From IMG/VR virus record IMGVR_UViG_3300021399_000011: a stretch of DNA of 64,000 bases. One strand, given 5' to 3'. Source of the DNA: an uncultured virus (IMG/VR IMGVR_UViG_3300021399_000011). Its lineage: Duplodnaviria > Heunggongvirae > Uroviricota > Caudoviricetes. The notes under the pieces were generated by a model. It was given only the letters and a program-made list of their open reading frames with translations, had not been told where the DNA came from and made no database searches. A program made the translations under genes and the position numbers. Positions 1-9,513 of this stretch are shown one piece after another (positions within the stretch are counted from its first letter, which is position 1; each line of letters opens with the position of its first letter).

Positions 1-1
1 G

Positions 2-1060
2 GTTTCTATAGAAACGCTTGTGCTGGAGGAGCACAAGGGAGAGAGCGGCGAAGATGTCGAAGAAAAATATCTTGTCCTCGGCGTCACGATCCTTGGCAAC
101 GGCGTTGAGCCTGCCGTGGCCGGAGCGAATATCCGCACCCTCTCCGAACTTTCCGAGCTTCGCAGCAATCAGGCGGAAAACATTCTGAAAGCCGCCAGTT
201 ACGCGAAGCAAGAAGAGAATCCAGAGGAAGATGACCCGGACGATGATCCTGATGAAGATAAACCCGACGTGGAAAATCCAGAGGATGATACCGATGATGA
301 GTCTTCCGAAAGCGAACCCCAAAACAACAATCAAAAAGGAGTGAAAAAGCGCATGACCTATTTTTCCCGCAAGGAACTGGCGGAGCTTGGCAAGAAGTTC
401 CCGGATTTCAAGGTTCTGGCTGCCGCGCAGAATGAAAGCGGCATCCAGGTCTGCCTGATGGCGAAAGACGCCAGCACTTCCAGCTATACGATGGAAAGTC
501 TCGATGACACCATTGTGCCGGAGAAGTTCCGCCACGCCCGCGTCCTCGCCAGTTTTGAAATGGGCGAAGGCTGCGACAACGTGGATGTTGATGTCAACGA
601 GATGGTTGACACGCTCGCCGCCGAGGTTGCCGAAGCGTGTGACAACGCCGAGAAGCTTCAGGCGCAGCTCAACGCCGCCAATGAGCGCATCAAGGCGATG
701 GAGACTGCCGAACGCGCCCGCCGTGTGCAGGCCGCGAAGGAAAAGGCCAAAGCCGTGCTCGCCAATCTGAACGCCAACCGTGACGCCAAGATGAAGTTCG
801 ATGAGTCCATTCTGGCTCCCATCAACGCTGACATCGAGGCCGGTAAGTACACCGAGAAGGTGAACTCCGACGGGCTGTGGATCGGCGATGCCGAGGTGGA
901 GCGCGATGTGAAGTGCGCCGCCATGAGCGAGCAGGAGAAGATGGACGCCAAGGCCAACGAGGCCAAGCAGACCACCTTCATTCTGGACAAATTCAACAAT
1001 GCCAAGGGCGAGCAGCCCCAGGGAATCGAGGCCATTCTCGCTGGTCTCGACAAAATTTAA
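2..1060 (+). CDS. Prohead protease/scaffold protein, 5'-truncated by the window edge
   Basis: Frame is open from base 2. GVTILG..VEPAV..ANI protease-like segment, acidic linker, coiled-coil C-terminus; directly upstream of the capsid genes. Confidence 0.6.
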   Translation, partial: VSIETLVLEEHKGESGEDVEEKYLVLGVTILGNGVEPAVAGANIRTLSELSELRSNQAENILKAASYAKQEENPEEDDPDDDPDEDKPDVENPEDDTDDESSESEPQNNNQKGVKKRMTYFSRKELAELGKKFPDFKVLAAAQNESGIQVCLMAKDASTSSYTMESLDDTIVPEKFRHARVLASFEMGEGCDNVDVDVNEMVDTLAAEVAEACDNAEKLQAQLNAANERIKAMETAERARRVQAAKEKAKAVLANLNANRDAKMKFDESILAPINADIEAGKYTEKVNSDGLWIGDAEVERDVKCAAMSEQEKMDAKANEAKQTTFILDKFNNAKGEQPQGIEAILAGLDKI

Positions 1061-1076
1061 AGGAGAGTGAGCAAGA

Positions 1077-1649
1077 ATGGCTTTTATCGCTAATACTGCT
1101 TTTGAAGCCCGCATCGTCAACGACCGTTTCGACGATATGGCAAACATCGCCGGTGTGTGCGATGAAAACTGCTCCGCCGGTCTGCTCTGCGTCAGCAATG
1201 GGCAGACCGAATGCGAGGGCTTCCCCAACATTATGAACGAGAACGCTTGGAACATGATCCCCGCCGGTGCCGACGCGAACATTGATGTTCCTGTGTACGC
1301 CTGCGATCCCCATGACTGGCCGCTCGTCGGCAATGGCCGCAACCTGTGGGCTGTCGGCGTTGAGACTCTGGGTCTCGGCATTACCGCCGGTCGCTACGGT
1401 TCTTTCCGCCGCATCCACTTCGATAACGTCTCCGTTTATCGTTTCGGTATCGGCAACCTGAGTGCGGCTCTGGGTGATAACATCTATTTTACCATCGCTG
1501 ACGGCCTGCTCGTTCCCGCTGCCGCCGCTCCCACCGCTGCTGGCAGCATCTACTTCCAGCTCCGTGGCACCGGCAACTTCACCGAGGGTACTACCGCCAG
1601 CTTCCAGTACGTCGATGTCGTGGCTTGCCGCGTCTCGGTGGCTGCGTAA
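1077..1649 (+). CDS. Capsid decoration/minor capsid protein
   Basis: AAGGAG RBS; 190 aa; lies between scaffold and major capsid; strong codon bias. Confidence 0.55.
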   Translation: MAFIANTAFEARIVNDRFDDMANIAGVCDENCSAGLLCVSNGQTECEGFPNIMNENAWNMIPAGADANIDVPVYACDPHDWPLVGNGRNLWAVGVETLGLGITAGRYGSFRRIHFDNVSVYRFGIGNLSAALGDNIYFTIADGLLVPAAAAPTAAGSIYFQLRGTGNFTEGTTASFQYVDVVACRVSVAA

Positions 1650-1669
1650 TCGGAAGGAGGTAAGACATA

Positions 1670-2905
1670 ATGAAGCTTTCTATGAACAGCATCAACCCCG
1701 ATCTCTTCCGGGTTTCTGCTTCTGACTCCGTGGGTAAGGATCAGGGCCGCGCCAACATCGTTGCCGCCGGTCGTCTGCTCGCCTACGAGTACGCCCGCAA
1801 AGGCACCAACGCCCTGCGCACCGCGCTCGGCAACAAGGACAACCAGCTCGCCGCCGCGATGACCGACGCTGAGTATCGTGAAATGAACTCCAAGTTCCAG
1901 TCCGCACACCTCGTATACGCCGCGAACATGGCCGATGCTATGCTCGGCATGGTCGGCCCCAAGGACTTCGAGGAGTTCAAGAAGAACGGCCAGCGCTACG
2001 TCAAGAACGACAACTTCCTGAAAGTCCTCATGGGCATCTATCAGGAAGTGCTGACACCCATCCTGCCCCGCGTCTACTCCGAGGCTGTGAGCGAGTTCGC
2101 CGAGGTCGTTGAGGTCGGTTTCGGTGAGACCTACGAGCTGACCATTTCCTCGAACGACATTCCCGTGTTTCAGGACAGCGCTTGGGGCGCTTCCCGCAGT
2201 GTGCCGCGCAATCGTTTCTACGATAAGCAGTACACCCTGAACCCCAGCCCCCGCACGGCGCAGATCAACGCCAAGTGGACACAGCTCGTCGGCAACAACG
2301 TGGACTTCGGTAAGTTCTTCGCCAACCTGTCCGCCGGTATGTATGCCAAGACGATGGGTCTGTGGAATGCGGCCATGACCTCCGCCATCGCTGACACCTC
2401 TCTGGTGCCTGCCAACCTGTCCACCACTTTCTCCACCCAGAACTGGGTCAAGTTGGCGAACCGTCTGAGCGCTGTGAACAGCACCGCGATCAGCAACATC
2501 TTCGCTCTCGGCTCCTACCCCGCTCTGGCGCAGGTTCTGCCCCAGGATGTGACCGGCAGCACCAACGTGAACATGGACGCCGCCATCGCTACCCTGCTCG
2601 GTGCTGACTACACCCGCACCGGCTACCTCGGCGAGTACATGGCCGTCATGCTCCGTCCGCTGATTGATGTCATCATCCCCGGCACACAGAACACCACGGT
2701 CGATACCATGCTGCCCGATGACACCATCTACATGATGGCTGGCAATGGCCGCAAGCCTTTGACCCTGGGTTACAACAGCGCCACGCCGATCACTCTGGAA
2801 GTCGATCCTTCCAAGTCCGGCGACATGGAGATGGCCATTAACGTGACCATCGCCCTGGACTCTGTTGCAGTCTTCGCCGATCACATCGGCGTGGTCACCA
2901 TCTGA
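1670..2905 (+). CDS. Major capsid protein
   Basis: 411 aa, GGAGG RBS, highly biased codons, position in the head module, followed by a terminator-like hairpin. Confidence 0.7.
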   Translation: MKLSMNSINPDLFRVSASDSVGKDQGRANIVAAGRLLAYEYARKGTNALRTALGNKDNQLAAAMTDAEYREMNSKFQSAHLVYAANMADAMLGMVGPKDFEEFKKNGQRYVKNDNFLKVLMGIYQEVLTPILPRVYSEAVSEFAEVVEVGFGETYELTISSNDIPVFQDSAWGASRSVPRNRFYDKQYTLNPSPRTAQINAKWTQLVGNNVDFGKFFANLSAGMYAKTMGLWNAAMTSAIADTSLVPANLSTTFSTQNWVKLANRLSAVNSTAISNIFALGSYPALAQVLPQDVTGSTNVNMDAAIATLLGADYTRTGYLGEYMAVMLRPLIDVIIPGTQNTTVDTMLPDDTIYMMAGNGRKPLTLGYNSATPITLEVDPSKSGDMEMAINVTIALDSVAVFADHIGVVTI

Positions 2906-2914
2906 TGACCAATA

Positions 2915-2946
2915 ACGAGGGGCGGAATCCCCGTCCCTCGTTTCTA
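2915..2946 (+). terminator. Intrinsic terminator-like hairpin after the capsid gene
   Basis: ACGAGGGGCGG-loop-CCGTCCCTCGT followed by TTTCT. Confidence 0.6.
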
Positions 2947-2947
2947 T

Positions 2948-3022
2948 GCTGTCATGGCGCAATGGTAGCGCAACGTCCTTGTAAGTCGTAGGTTGTAGGT
3001 TCGACTCCTACTGACAGCCCCA
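2948..3022 (+). tRNA. tRNA-Thr(UGU)
   Basis: Acceptor GCTGTCA/TGACAGC, D arm GCGC/GCGC, anticodon loop CT-TGT-AA, T arm GTAGG-TTCGACT-CCTAC, encoded CCA; one U-U mismatch in the anticodon stem. Confidence 0.9.
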
Positions 3023-3068
3023 AAACATAAAACAGAATGACACAAAAAGCCAAAAAGGAGATTTATGT

Positions 3069-3881
3069 ATGGCTAATTACGCAACCACTAAAAAGGAAGA
3101 GCTGATTGCTCTGGCGCAGGAGAAAGGCATTGAAGCTGACGCTTCCATGACCAAGGCCGAAATCATCGCCAAACTCGAAGAAGCGGAAAAACGTGATGAA
3201 CTCACGGAAAAATCCACGGAAAAACGTGACGAAGCGGCGGAAATTCCTGCCGAAAAAGTGGAAGACCCCACGCTGAAAGCCCTTCGGGAGCAGAACGAAA
3301 TGCTCCAGAAGCAGATGGAACAGCTCCAGGCGCAGTTGCTTGCCATGCAGAAGCCGCAGGTAATTCAGGTGGCCGCTGACACGGAGCGCGTGTATTTCCT
3401 GTGGCAGGCGGAAGTAGCCGACTACAACCTCGTGACCTTCGGCCCCGGCGGTATGTACGGCAGCATCACGGGCAAGACCGGCACCTTCAGCGTTCCGAAG
3501 AACGAACTGAGCCGAATCCTTGACAACCGCACCCGTGGCTTCATCCAGAAGCGGTGGCTCATCGTTCTGGACGGCCTTACCGATGACGAGCGCGAGAGTC
3601 TGGGGGTTGCCTACAAAGAGGGCGAGATCCTTGACCGCAAGGCGTTCGAGCGCATGGTGGATATCCCCAAGGATGCTATCTGCGAGATCTACAGCAAGCT
3701 ATGTCTGAGCCACAAGGAGATGGTCGCTCGCCGCTTCTATGAGGCGTGGACGAACCGCAACGAGAACGTGACCCGTGACAAGGTTCTGGCGCTGCGTCGT
3801 ATGACCAAGGATATGGGTATGGACATTCAGGCGTTCCAGCAGATCCTAAAGGAAATGAACGCCAACGAAGAGGAGGAATAA
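3069..3881 (+). CDS. Phage protein with N-terminal HeH/Rho-N-like helix pair
   Basis: KKEELIALAQEKGIEADASMTKAEIIAKL motif; AGGAG RBS. Confidence 0.55.
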   Translation: MANYATTKKEELIALAQEKGIEADASMTKAEIIAKLEEAEKRDELTEKSTEKRDEAAEIPAEKVEDPTLKALREQNEMLQKQMEQLQAQLLAMQKPQVIQVAADTERVYFLWQAEVADYNLVTFGPGGMYGSITGKTGTFSVPKNELSRILDNRTRGFIQKRWLIVLDGLTDDERESLGVAYKEGEILDRKAFERMVDIPKDAICEIYSKLCLSHKEMVARRFYEAWTNRNENVTRDKVLALRRMTKDMGMDIQAFQQILKEMNANEEEE

Positions 3882-3885
3882 TCCA

Positions 3886-4059
3886 ATGGCAGTGAAACCT
3901 ATGAACATGGCGCAGACCTTTACCGGCCTGTCAACAGACACCAAGCCGCTTGACGGCGTGTATCAGGGTTCGATGTTCATCGAGATCGACACCGGCGATG
4001 TCTATATGTATGACGGAGCTTCTGGCGCGTGGGTGAAGCAGTTCAGTATGCAGGGGTGA
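3886..4059 (+). CDS. Small virion-associated protein, 57 aa (not in the ORF track)
   Basis: GAGGAG RBS; MAVKPMNMAQTFTGLSTDTKPLDGVYQGSMFIEIDTGDVYMYDGASGAWVKQFSMQG; GLSTDTKP...F.E.DTG..Y.YD...W pattern common in Firmicutes phages. Confidence 0.7.
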   Translation: MAVKPMNMAQTFTGLSTDTKPLDGVYQGSMFIEIDTGDVYMYDGASGAWVKQFSMQG

Positions 4060-4065
4060 TGAGCC

Positions 4066-4827
4066 ATGAATACAGATTTTCTTCTTGGCTTCGGAGCCGG
4101 TAAAGCGGCATCAGGCGGCGGGGGTTCTTCTGTAGACGTGGAACCACTGTCCGTGACCGAAAACGGCACATACACTGCGCCCACGGGCAAAGCGTACAGC
4201 CCTGTCAATGTCAACGTGCCGAACAGCTACGCAGCAGCCGACGAGGGCAAAGTCGTTTCAAACGGCGCTCTGGTGGCACAGACCTCCGACACGGTGACGC
4301 AGAACGGCACCGTCGATACTACGCTGATAAACTCGCTGCTGGTGAACGTCAGCGGCGGCGGCGCGTCCAACATCGTGACCGGGACGTTCACAGGCACGAC
4401 CGCTGGCGCGGCGATGGATGTGACGCTGAATTACAGCGGGACGGGCTATCCGATTGCGGCGTTAATATTCCCAACCGAGGGGCCGCGCACAAATGGCAGT
4501 TTCGCTAATCTTGTACAGAGATATGCAATTTGTCTATTCTGCGCTGTAAAGCAAAACGTATTGGTTGCGCCAACCTATGAAACATATGTCGGGTATAATG
4601 CTATGCTTATGTTGCACAACTATAAAAGTGCGGAAGCAAACGCAAAACAATACGCCAACGGCGGGGAAGCATCTGCGTATATTTTGAAAGATGAAGATGC
4701 AGCATCGGGAAGTGGGACTTACGTTAGAATACGAAGCGCAAAAAAAATGTCCGTCTTTATCGCAGACACGTCCTACGGCTTCGCCGCCAACATTGAGTAC
4801 ACCTACTATGTAATCTACTCCGAATAA
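4066..4827 (+). CDS. Putative head/tail fibre or surface-displayed virion protein
   Basis: LSVTENGTYTAP..KAYSPVNVNVP fibre-type motif, Gly linkers, AT-richer C-terminal domain. Confidence 0.5.
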   Translation: MNTDFLLGFGAGKAASGGGGSSVDVEPLSVTENGTYTAPTGKAYSPVNVNVPNSYAAADEGKVVSNGALVAQTSDTVTQNGTVDTTLINSLLVNVSGGGASNIVTGTFTGTTAGAAMDVTLNYSGTGYPIAALIFPTEGPRTNGSFANLVQRYAICLFCAVKQNVLVAPTYETYVGYNAMLMLHNYKSAEANAKQYANGGEASAYILKDEDAASGSGTYVRIRSAKKMSVFIADTSYGFAANIEYTYYVIYSE

Positions 4828-4864
4828 TCAAGCACAACATACACTTATGTGGAGGAATAATCCA

Positions 4865-5302
4865 ATGAAAGAAGTTCATGATGTTCTTATTGAAGTTGGC
4901 ACACAGGTCGTGTTTGAACTGCTTATGCTCGTCATCGGCGTGGCGTTTGCGTATCTGACCAAGCTCATCGGCAAGAGCCAAAAGCTTGAGCACATCGCGT
5001 CGGCGATGGAGGAACTGGAGCGCGTCGTGAAGAACGTGGTCGGCGATTTGCAGCAGACGGTCGTTGAGGGGCTGAAAGATGCCAGCGTTGACGGCAAGCT
5101 GTCACAGGAAGAGATTTACGACCTCGGCAAAATGCTCGTGATGAAAGTTTCGGAACAGCTCAGTGACCCCGCATCTACTACTATCAAGGCGGCGGGCATC
5201 GACATGACCGAAGCAATCCACAGCATTGCCGAAGCCTACATTGCCAAAATCAAGCGCGAGAACAACTTTATTGCTATCGGGGAAGTTGCGGAGACGGCGT
5301 AA
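4865..5302 (+). CDS. Holin-like protein (LL-H type)
   Basis: GGAGG RBS before ATG 4865; one N-terminal TM helix; V..LQQT.V..LK...DGKL..EE and IEA.I..IK-like C-terminus. Confidence 0.6.
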   Translation: MKEVHDVLIEVGTQVVFELLMLVIGVAFAYLTKLIGKSQKLEHIASAMEELERVVKNVVGDLQQTVVEGLKDASVDGKLSQEEIYDLGKMLVMKVSEQLSDPASTTIKAAGIDMTEAIHSIAEAYIAKIKRENNFIAIGEVAETA

Positions 5303-5346
5303 GCCCTCTCCCCTTCCCGCCACATCATAAATTGGAGGACACCGAA

Positions 5347-5649
5347 ATGGCTATGTCACTGGAAGATCAGGCGGTCTTGCTCAAAGAAGTTGAAGACCGA
5401 AGCAAGGGAAACACCCGTCGCATCGAAAGCCTTGAGAACAAGGTGGACAATCTGGCCGATGTAGTCGGTGTCCTCCAAGCTATGCAGAAAGACCTTGAGC
5501 ACTTGTCAAAGGATGTAACGGAGACAAGAGCCGATGTTAAGGAAATGAAAGAAAAACCGGCCAAGCGCTGGGACGCGCTTGTGGAGAAAATACTCTGGGG
5601 CGTGGTCGGCGCTGTGCTCACGTTCATTCTCGCCAAAGGCGGTCTTTGA
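5347..5649 (+). CDS. XhlA/holin-like coiled-coil membrane protein
   Basis: Coiled coil followed by KPAKRWD and a C-terminal TM helix. Confidence 0.55.
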   Translation: MAMSLEDQAVLLKEVEDRSKGNTRRIESLENKVDNLADVVGVLQAMQKDLEHLSKDVTETRADVKEMKEKPAKRWDALVEKILWGVVGAVLTFILAKGGL

Positions 5650-5664
5650 TACACAAAAATACAC

Positions 5665-5738
5665 ACCGATCTGGTGTAATGGCAGCACACGGGACTTTGA
5701 CTCCTGCGGTGTTGGTTCGAGTCCAGCGGTCGGTGCCA
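5665..5738 (+). tRNA. tRNA-Gln(UUG)
   Basis: Acceptor ACCGATC/GGTCGGT, anticodon loop CT-TTG-AC in stem CGGGA/TCCTG, T arm GTTGG-TTCGAGT-CCAGC, G73 and CCA. Confidence 0.9.
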
Positions 5739-5980
5739 AAGGAACTGAACTGGGTGTTCCTTGTCGGGGAGCGACAGAAATACTCCACATTCATGCCGGA
5801 AGTAATGGCCGGACTGTGCTGGGCATCACGGAAAACTGCCCCCCAAAGTTCCATTCAAAGTGCCAAAGTGTCACTTTAGAAATCCCAAAAATGTCACTTT
5901 AAGGGGCTTTTTTGTGAAAAAATCTCAAAAATGTCCGCTTAAACGGCAAAAACCGTCACATTAAAAAGGAGACGATCCCG

Positions 5981-6679
5981 ATGGGGACTACATTTGAACA
6001 GCTTGAATGTCAGGCGATGACCTACATCAAGAACGATTTGTCCCTTGACTGGGACTTAAAAAACAGACTGCCGGTTTTCTACCGGCGGATGTGGAACTAT
6101 ATGCAGGCGGCGATCCCTCTGTTCAACAAACCGCCCGTCATGATGACGCGGCTTCGGAAAATGACCGAGCCGGAATACTCCGATGTCCTTTTCACCGTTT
6201 CGGAAGTGAGCGAAGACAGCACAGTAACCATTGAAACTGGAATCACGGAGATGGATCTATGTTCTGCCGGTATCGTTACAGAGGACGAGTTTGGGAACCC
6301 GCAGTATCTGCCTTTGACCGTGGACAGCTACGACGCCGAAACCGGCACCGTGATTATCTCCGGCGCTGTCGCCGCCGGGGACGAAGTAGATGTTGACTTC
6401 TACAAGTCCGGCTCCTTTGATGCCGAACTGAACGCCACAGAATGCGACATCCTCGCGTTTTGCATCTACGACGTGTGGGAGCATCGGTTTGACAACAACG
6501 CTCTGGAGAGAGCTTCCAAGATCCGTGATGCGAACTTCACGACTATCAGCGAAGCCAGCCAGACAAATGCCGGGACAGACCGGCAGAGGGAAGTCGATTC
6601 CCAGCTCTTTGATAAGCTGAGAATGTACGAGCAGACAGCGGCGTACTTGAAGACCGTTGCAAAGAGTCCCCTGTTTTAA
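5981..6679 (+). CDS. Putative head-tail adaptor/neck protein
   Basis: AGGAG RBS; position after the head genes; call rests on synteny only. Confidence 0.45.
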   Translation: MGTTFEQLECQAMTYIKNDLSLDWDLKNRLPVFYRRMWNYMQAAIPLFNKPPVMMTRLRKMTEPEYSDVLFTVSEVSEDSTVTIETGITEMDLCSAGIVTEDEFGNPQYLPLTVDSYDAETGTVIISGAVAAGDEVDVDFYKSGSFDAELNATECDILAFCIYDVWEHRFDNNALERASKIRDANFTTISEASQTNAGTDRQREVDSQLFDKLRMYEQTAAYLKTVAKSPLF

Positions 6680-6690
6680 GAACGAAAGGT

Positions 6691-8016
6691 GTGAGTGTTA
6701 CGGCTGATATTGCGAAAATGGCGAGAACCGCCGGAACGCTCTGCGGCGGTGTGTGGGCGAAGCCGTCCAACCGTTCCATGAAGGACGGAAGCCTGCAAAA
6801 CCAGTATTTCCAGTCGGAGACAGCGGCATACACACAGCACATGGGGCAGTATGCTTCCAATGTTTACGCCGCCGACTGTCAGGGATTGAACCCGGACAGC
6901 TTCTATGACTGGCAAAAGGTCAAACTCCGCTCCATCCGTGCGGCGCAGGCGCAGACGGGCGAGACCATGCCGGATGACTGGCAGAGGATTTACCTCATCT
7001 CTCCCGCCAACTATACATATATCCCCCAGGGCGCGATGCTCAAGTATGCGGACAACACATGGATCGTATACAAGGGGAAAAACGTATCGGCCATCCTTGG
7101 CTCGGCCATCGTGCGGCGGTGCAACGCCGTTATCAATGTTCTCGACTGGTACGGCAACATCGTGACGGTGCCTCTGAGCTACGCCAAAATGGGTACGCTC
7201 GGCAACGCGCCGCATACCACCGAAAACACCATCACTTCCAAGAACTACATCGCCTGTATCTGCCAGCTCAACGAGTACAGCAAGAGTTTCCATGAGAACA
7301 CGCGCATCCTTCTGGGCGACACGGCCTACGCCATGCGCGGCATGGATGACTTCACACGGGAGTTTACCGACGATCTCGACAGCGTACACCTCCTGTCGTT
7401 TACGATTGAGCGCGTCGAGGTGCAGCCGTTTGATAACGTGGAACTGGGAGTTGCGGACTACGGCGGTTTCTCGTGGAACATTTCAGTAGACTGGAACAAT
7501 TCCATGATGGTGGGTATGACGCAGGCCATCAAGCCCACGAGCAGCCGAAACAATGTGGCCGTGGAGAACAGCGAAGAGCATCCCATCTCCTACCTGTACT
7601 CCTCTTCGGATGAGTCCGTTCTGACGGTGGATGAAAACGGCGTGGTAACGGCGGTCGGAGAGGGTACGGCGAGCATCACCGTGACTCTGGAGCAGAACGA
7701 GAACATCTCACAGACGGTGGAGATTGAAGTCCCCGCCGCAGAGAACGAGTATGTCGCCTTTACCACTACGATTCCGGCGAAAATGCACGAATATGATGCT
7801 CTGACCGTAAAAGCCGCCTACTTTGAGAACGGTGAAGCCACGGTCACTGAACTGAAATTCAGTTTCACGGGGCCGGAAAACGGCGCGTATACGGTCGAGC
7901 AGACCGACGCCAACACATATAAGATCATGACCTTCCGCGCCTCGCCTGTTCCGCTGACGATCACGGCAGAGTTCGAGGGACACAGCGCCGAGGCGGTAAT
8001 CAACATCACGACCTGA
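6691..8016 (+). CDS. Putative head-closure/neck protein with Ig-like (Big_2) domain
   Basis: YSSSDESVLTVDENGVVTAVGEGTASITVT is a Big_2 signature; synteny. Confidence 0.55.
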   Translation: MSVTADIAKMARTAGTLCGGVWAKPSNRSMKDGSLQNQYFQSETAAYTQHMGQYASNVYAADCQGLNPDSFYDWQKVKLRSIRAAQAQTGETMPDDWQRIYLISPANYTYIPQGAMLKYADNTWIVYKGKNVSAILGSAIVRRCNAVINVLDWYGNIVTVPLSYAKMGTLGNAPHTTENTITSKNYIACICQLNEYSKSFHENTRILLGDTAYAMRGMDDFTREFTDDLDSVHLLSFTIERVEVQPFDNVELGVADYGGFSWNISVDWNNSMMVGMTQAIKPTSSRNNVAVENSEEHPISYLYSSSDESVLTVDENGVVTAVGEGTASITVTLEQNENISQTVEIEVPAAENEYVAFTTTIPAKMHEYDALTVKAAYFENGEATVTELKFSFTGPENGAYTVEQTDANTYKIMTFRASPVPLTITAEFEGHSAEAVINITT

Positions 8017-8064
8017 AAACAATTGGATCAATGTGGGAACACATGTCGCTTTTAACGAGCCGGG

Positions 8065-9165
8065 GTGGGAGCTTGCGACATAGAGGGGAGTTTAAATTTG
8101 CGACAAACAATCCCTTTAGAGGTTAAAAGAGAGTGCGTTGAGCTGCGCAAAAGCGGCGTCAGCTCGCCGGAGATCTACCGCGACTACTTCTGCAAGGTGC
8201 ATCCGGGAATGTCCTACGAGACCTTCCGTCACAAGATAAAGCACTGGATGAAGCAGACGTTCGCCGACCCGGAAACGCTGCAAAGCGGAACATATCCGGG
8301 ATTCATCGCCCACGGCGCGACCGTTCAGGTCGATAGAAAAGGCCAAATCGTACAGGCGTGGATAAAAGAACACGCCGATGACAACCAGATGGGCAGGCTT
8401 CTTGAGTACATCGAGAAGAACACAGCGCCTATCATCATAAGGGACAGCTACGGTGGGGAAACCGCGCCGGAGATGCTTGAAATCCCCCTTTTTGACCAGC
8501 ACTTCCCCTTCTGCGACTGGGAAGAAACCTACAATAACATCGAAGACATCGTGCGGACGCGCCGCTGGGAGGAAATAAACCTCATCATCGGGCAGGATAT
8601 GCTACACAACGATGACATGAGAGGCCGGACATCTTCCGGCAGACCCATTGAGAAAGTGGACATGGTAGATGCGTGGGATACCGCCAGACGCTTCTGGTGC
8701 AACCTCGTCGCGCTGTGTTTGAAATACACAGATAGGTTAAAAATTACCTATTCCAAGGGAAATCACGACGAGAGCATGACATGGGCGTTCGTCCAGATGC
8801 TCAAAGCGCAGTTCCCACAGGCCGAAGTGGACGATTCTATGGAACAGCGCAAGTGCATCGCATGGCGCGATTGCTTCATCGGCGTTACCCACGGCGCTTA
8901 CAAAAAATCCACGAACAACGACCTGCGCGGACAGTTTACGATACAGTTTCCCATTGAGTTTGCCTCTGCCAAGGTCAGAGAGATCCACGCCGGACACCTT
9001 CACCACGAGGAATCCAACGACATCTATGGCGTAATGTGTCGAAGATTGTCGAGAAACGGCGAAACCGACGAGTGGAGCAACGACGAGGGATATGTGGGAG
9101 CGCATAAGCGCTTCATGGTATTCCGATGGAAACCGGGCCGACTGGCCGGGATAGATTACGTTTAA
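8065..9165 (+). CDS. Calcineurin-like metallophosphoesterase with N-terminal HTH-like region (start may be TTG 8098)
   Basis: Motifs D-Q-H, GQD..HND, GNHD, TH and GHLH in canonical order. Confidence 0.75.
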   Translation: MGACDIEGSLNLRQTIPLEVKRECVELRKSGVSSPEIYRDYFCKVHPGMSYETFRHKIKHWMKQTFADPETLQSGTYPGFIAHGATVQVDRKGQIVQAWIKEHADDNQMGRLLEYIEKNTAPIIIRDSYGGETAPEMLEIPLFDQHFPFCDWEETYNNIEDIVRTRRWEEINLIIGQDMLHNDDMRGRTSSGRPIEKVDMVDAWDTARRFWCNLVALCLKYTDRLKITYSKGNHDESMTWAFVQMLKAQFPQAEVDDSMEQRKCIAWRDCFIGVTHGAYKKSTNNDLRGQFTIQFPIEFASAKVREIHAGHLHHEESNDIYGVMCRRLSRNGETDEWSNDEGYVGAHKRFMVFRWKPGRLAGIDYV

Positions 9166-9177
9166 GGAGACAAAAAT

Positions 9178-9471
9178 ATGGAGTGTCGCTACGCCTACAT
9201 GAAGCCGAATATCGACTATGTTCTGTGCAAAAAAGAGCCGGAACCCACCAGATACGACCGCGACAAGCTTTTCCACGCTGTCTGCGCCCATCAGGTGCAT
9301 TGCCCCAAAGAGAACTGCCACAAGCTGTCCGCCGGATGGCAGAACTGCGCGAAGCTCAGAGAAACGCCCACGAGCGCCTCTGCCGAAGTTTCCGCCAACG
9401 AGGTGCAGACACCTGACCTCGTGCAGAAACAGGCCAGAAAGAGCCACAGGAGAGCCAAAACCGAGGAATAA
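9178..9471 (+). CDS. Hypothetical Cys-rich protein
   Basis: AAGGAG RBS; 97 aa. Confidence 0.5.
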   Translation: MECRYAYMKPNIDYVLCKKEPEPTRYDRDKLFHAVCAHQVHCPKENCHKLSAGWQNCAKLRETPTSASAEVSANEVQTPDLVQKQARKSHRRAKTEE

Positions 9472-9513
9472 CTCCTTACATTATAATATATACAGCCGAA
9501 GGGAGAAAGTTAT

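Noticed and set aside
5740..5845. ZTP riboswitch (GGGGAGCGAC...CTGGGCA resemblance)
   Set aside because: The GACTGGCG 5' element and CCGCCTGGGCA 3' pairing are missing, and no purine/folate gene follows.
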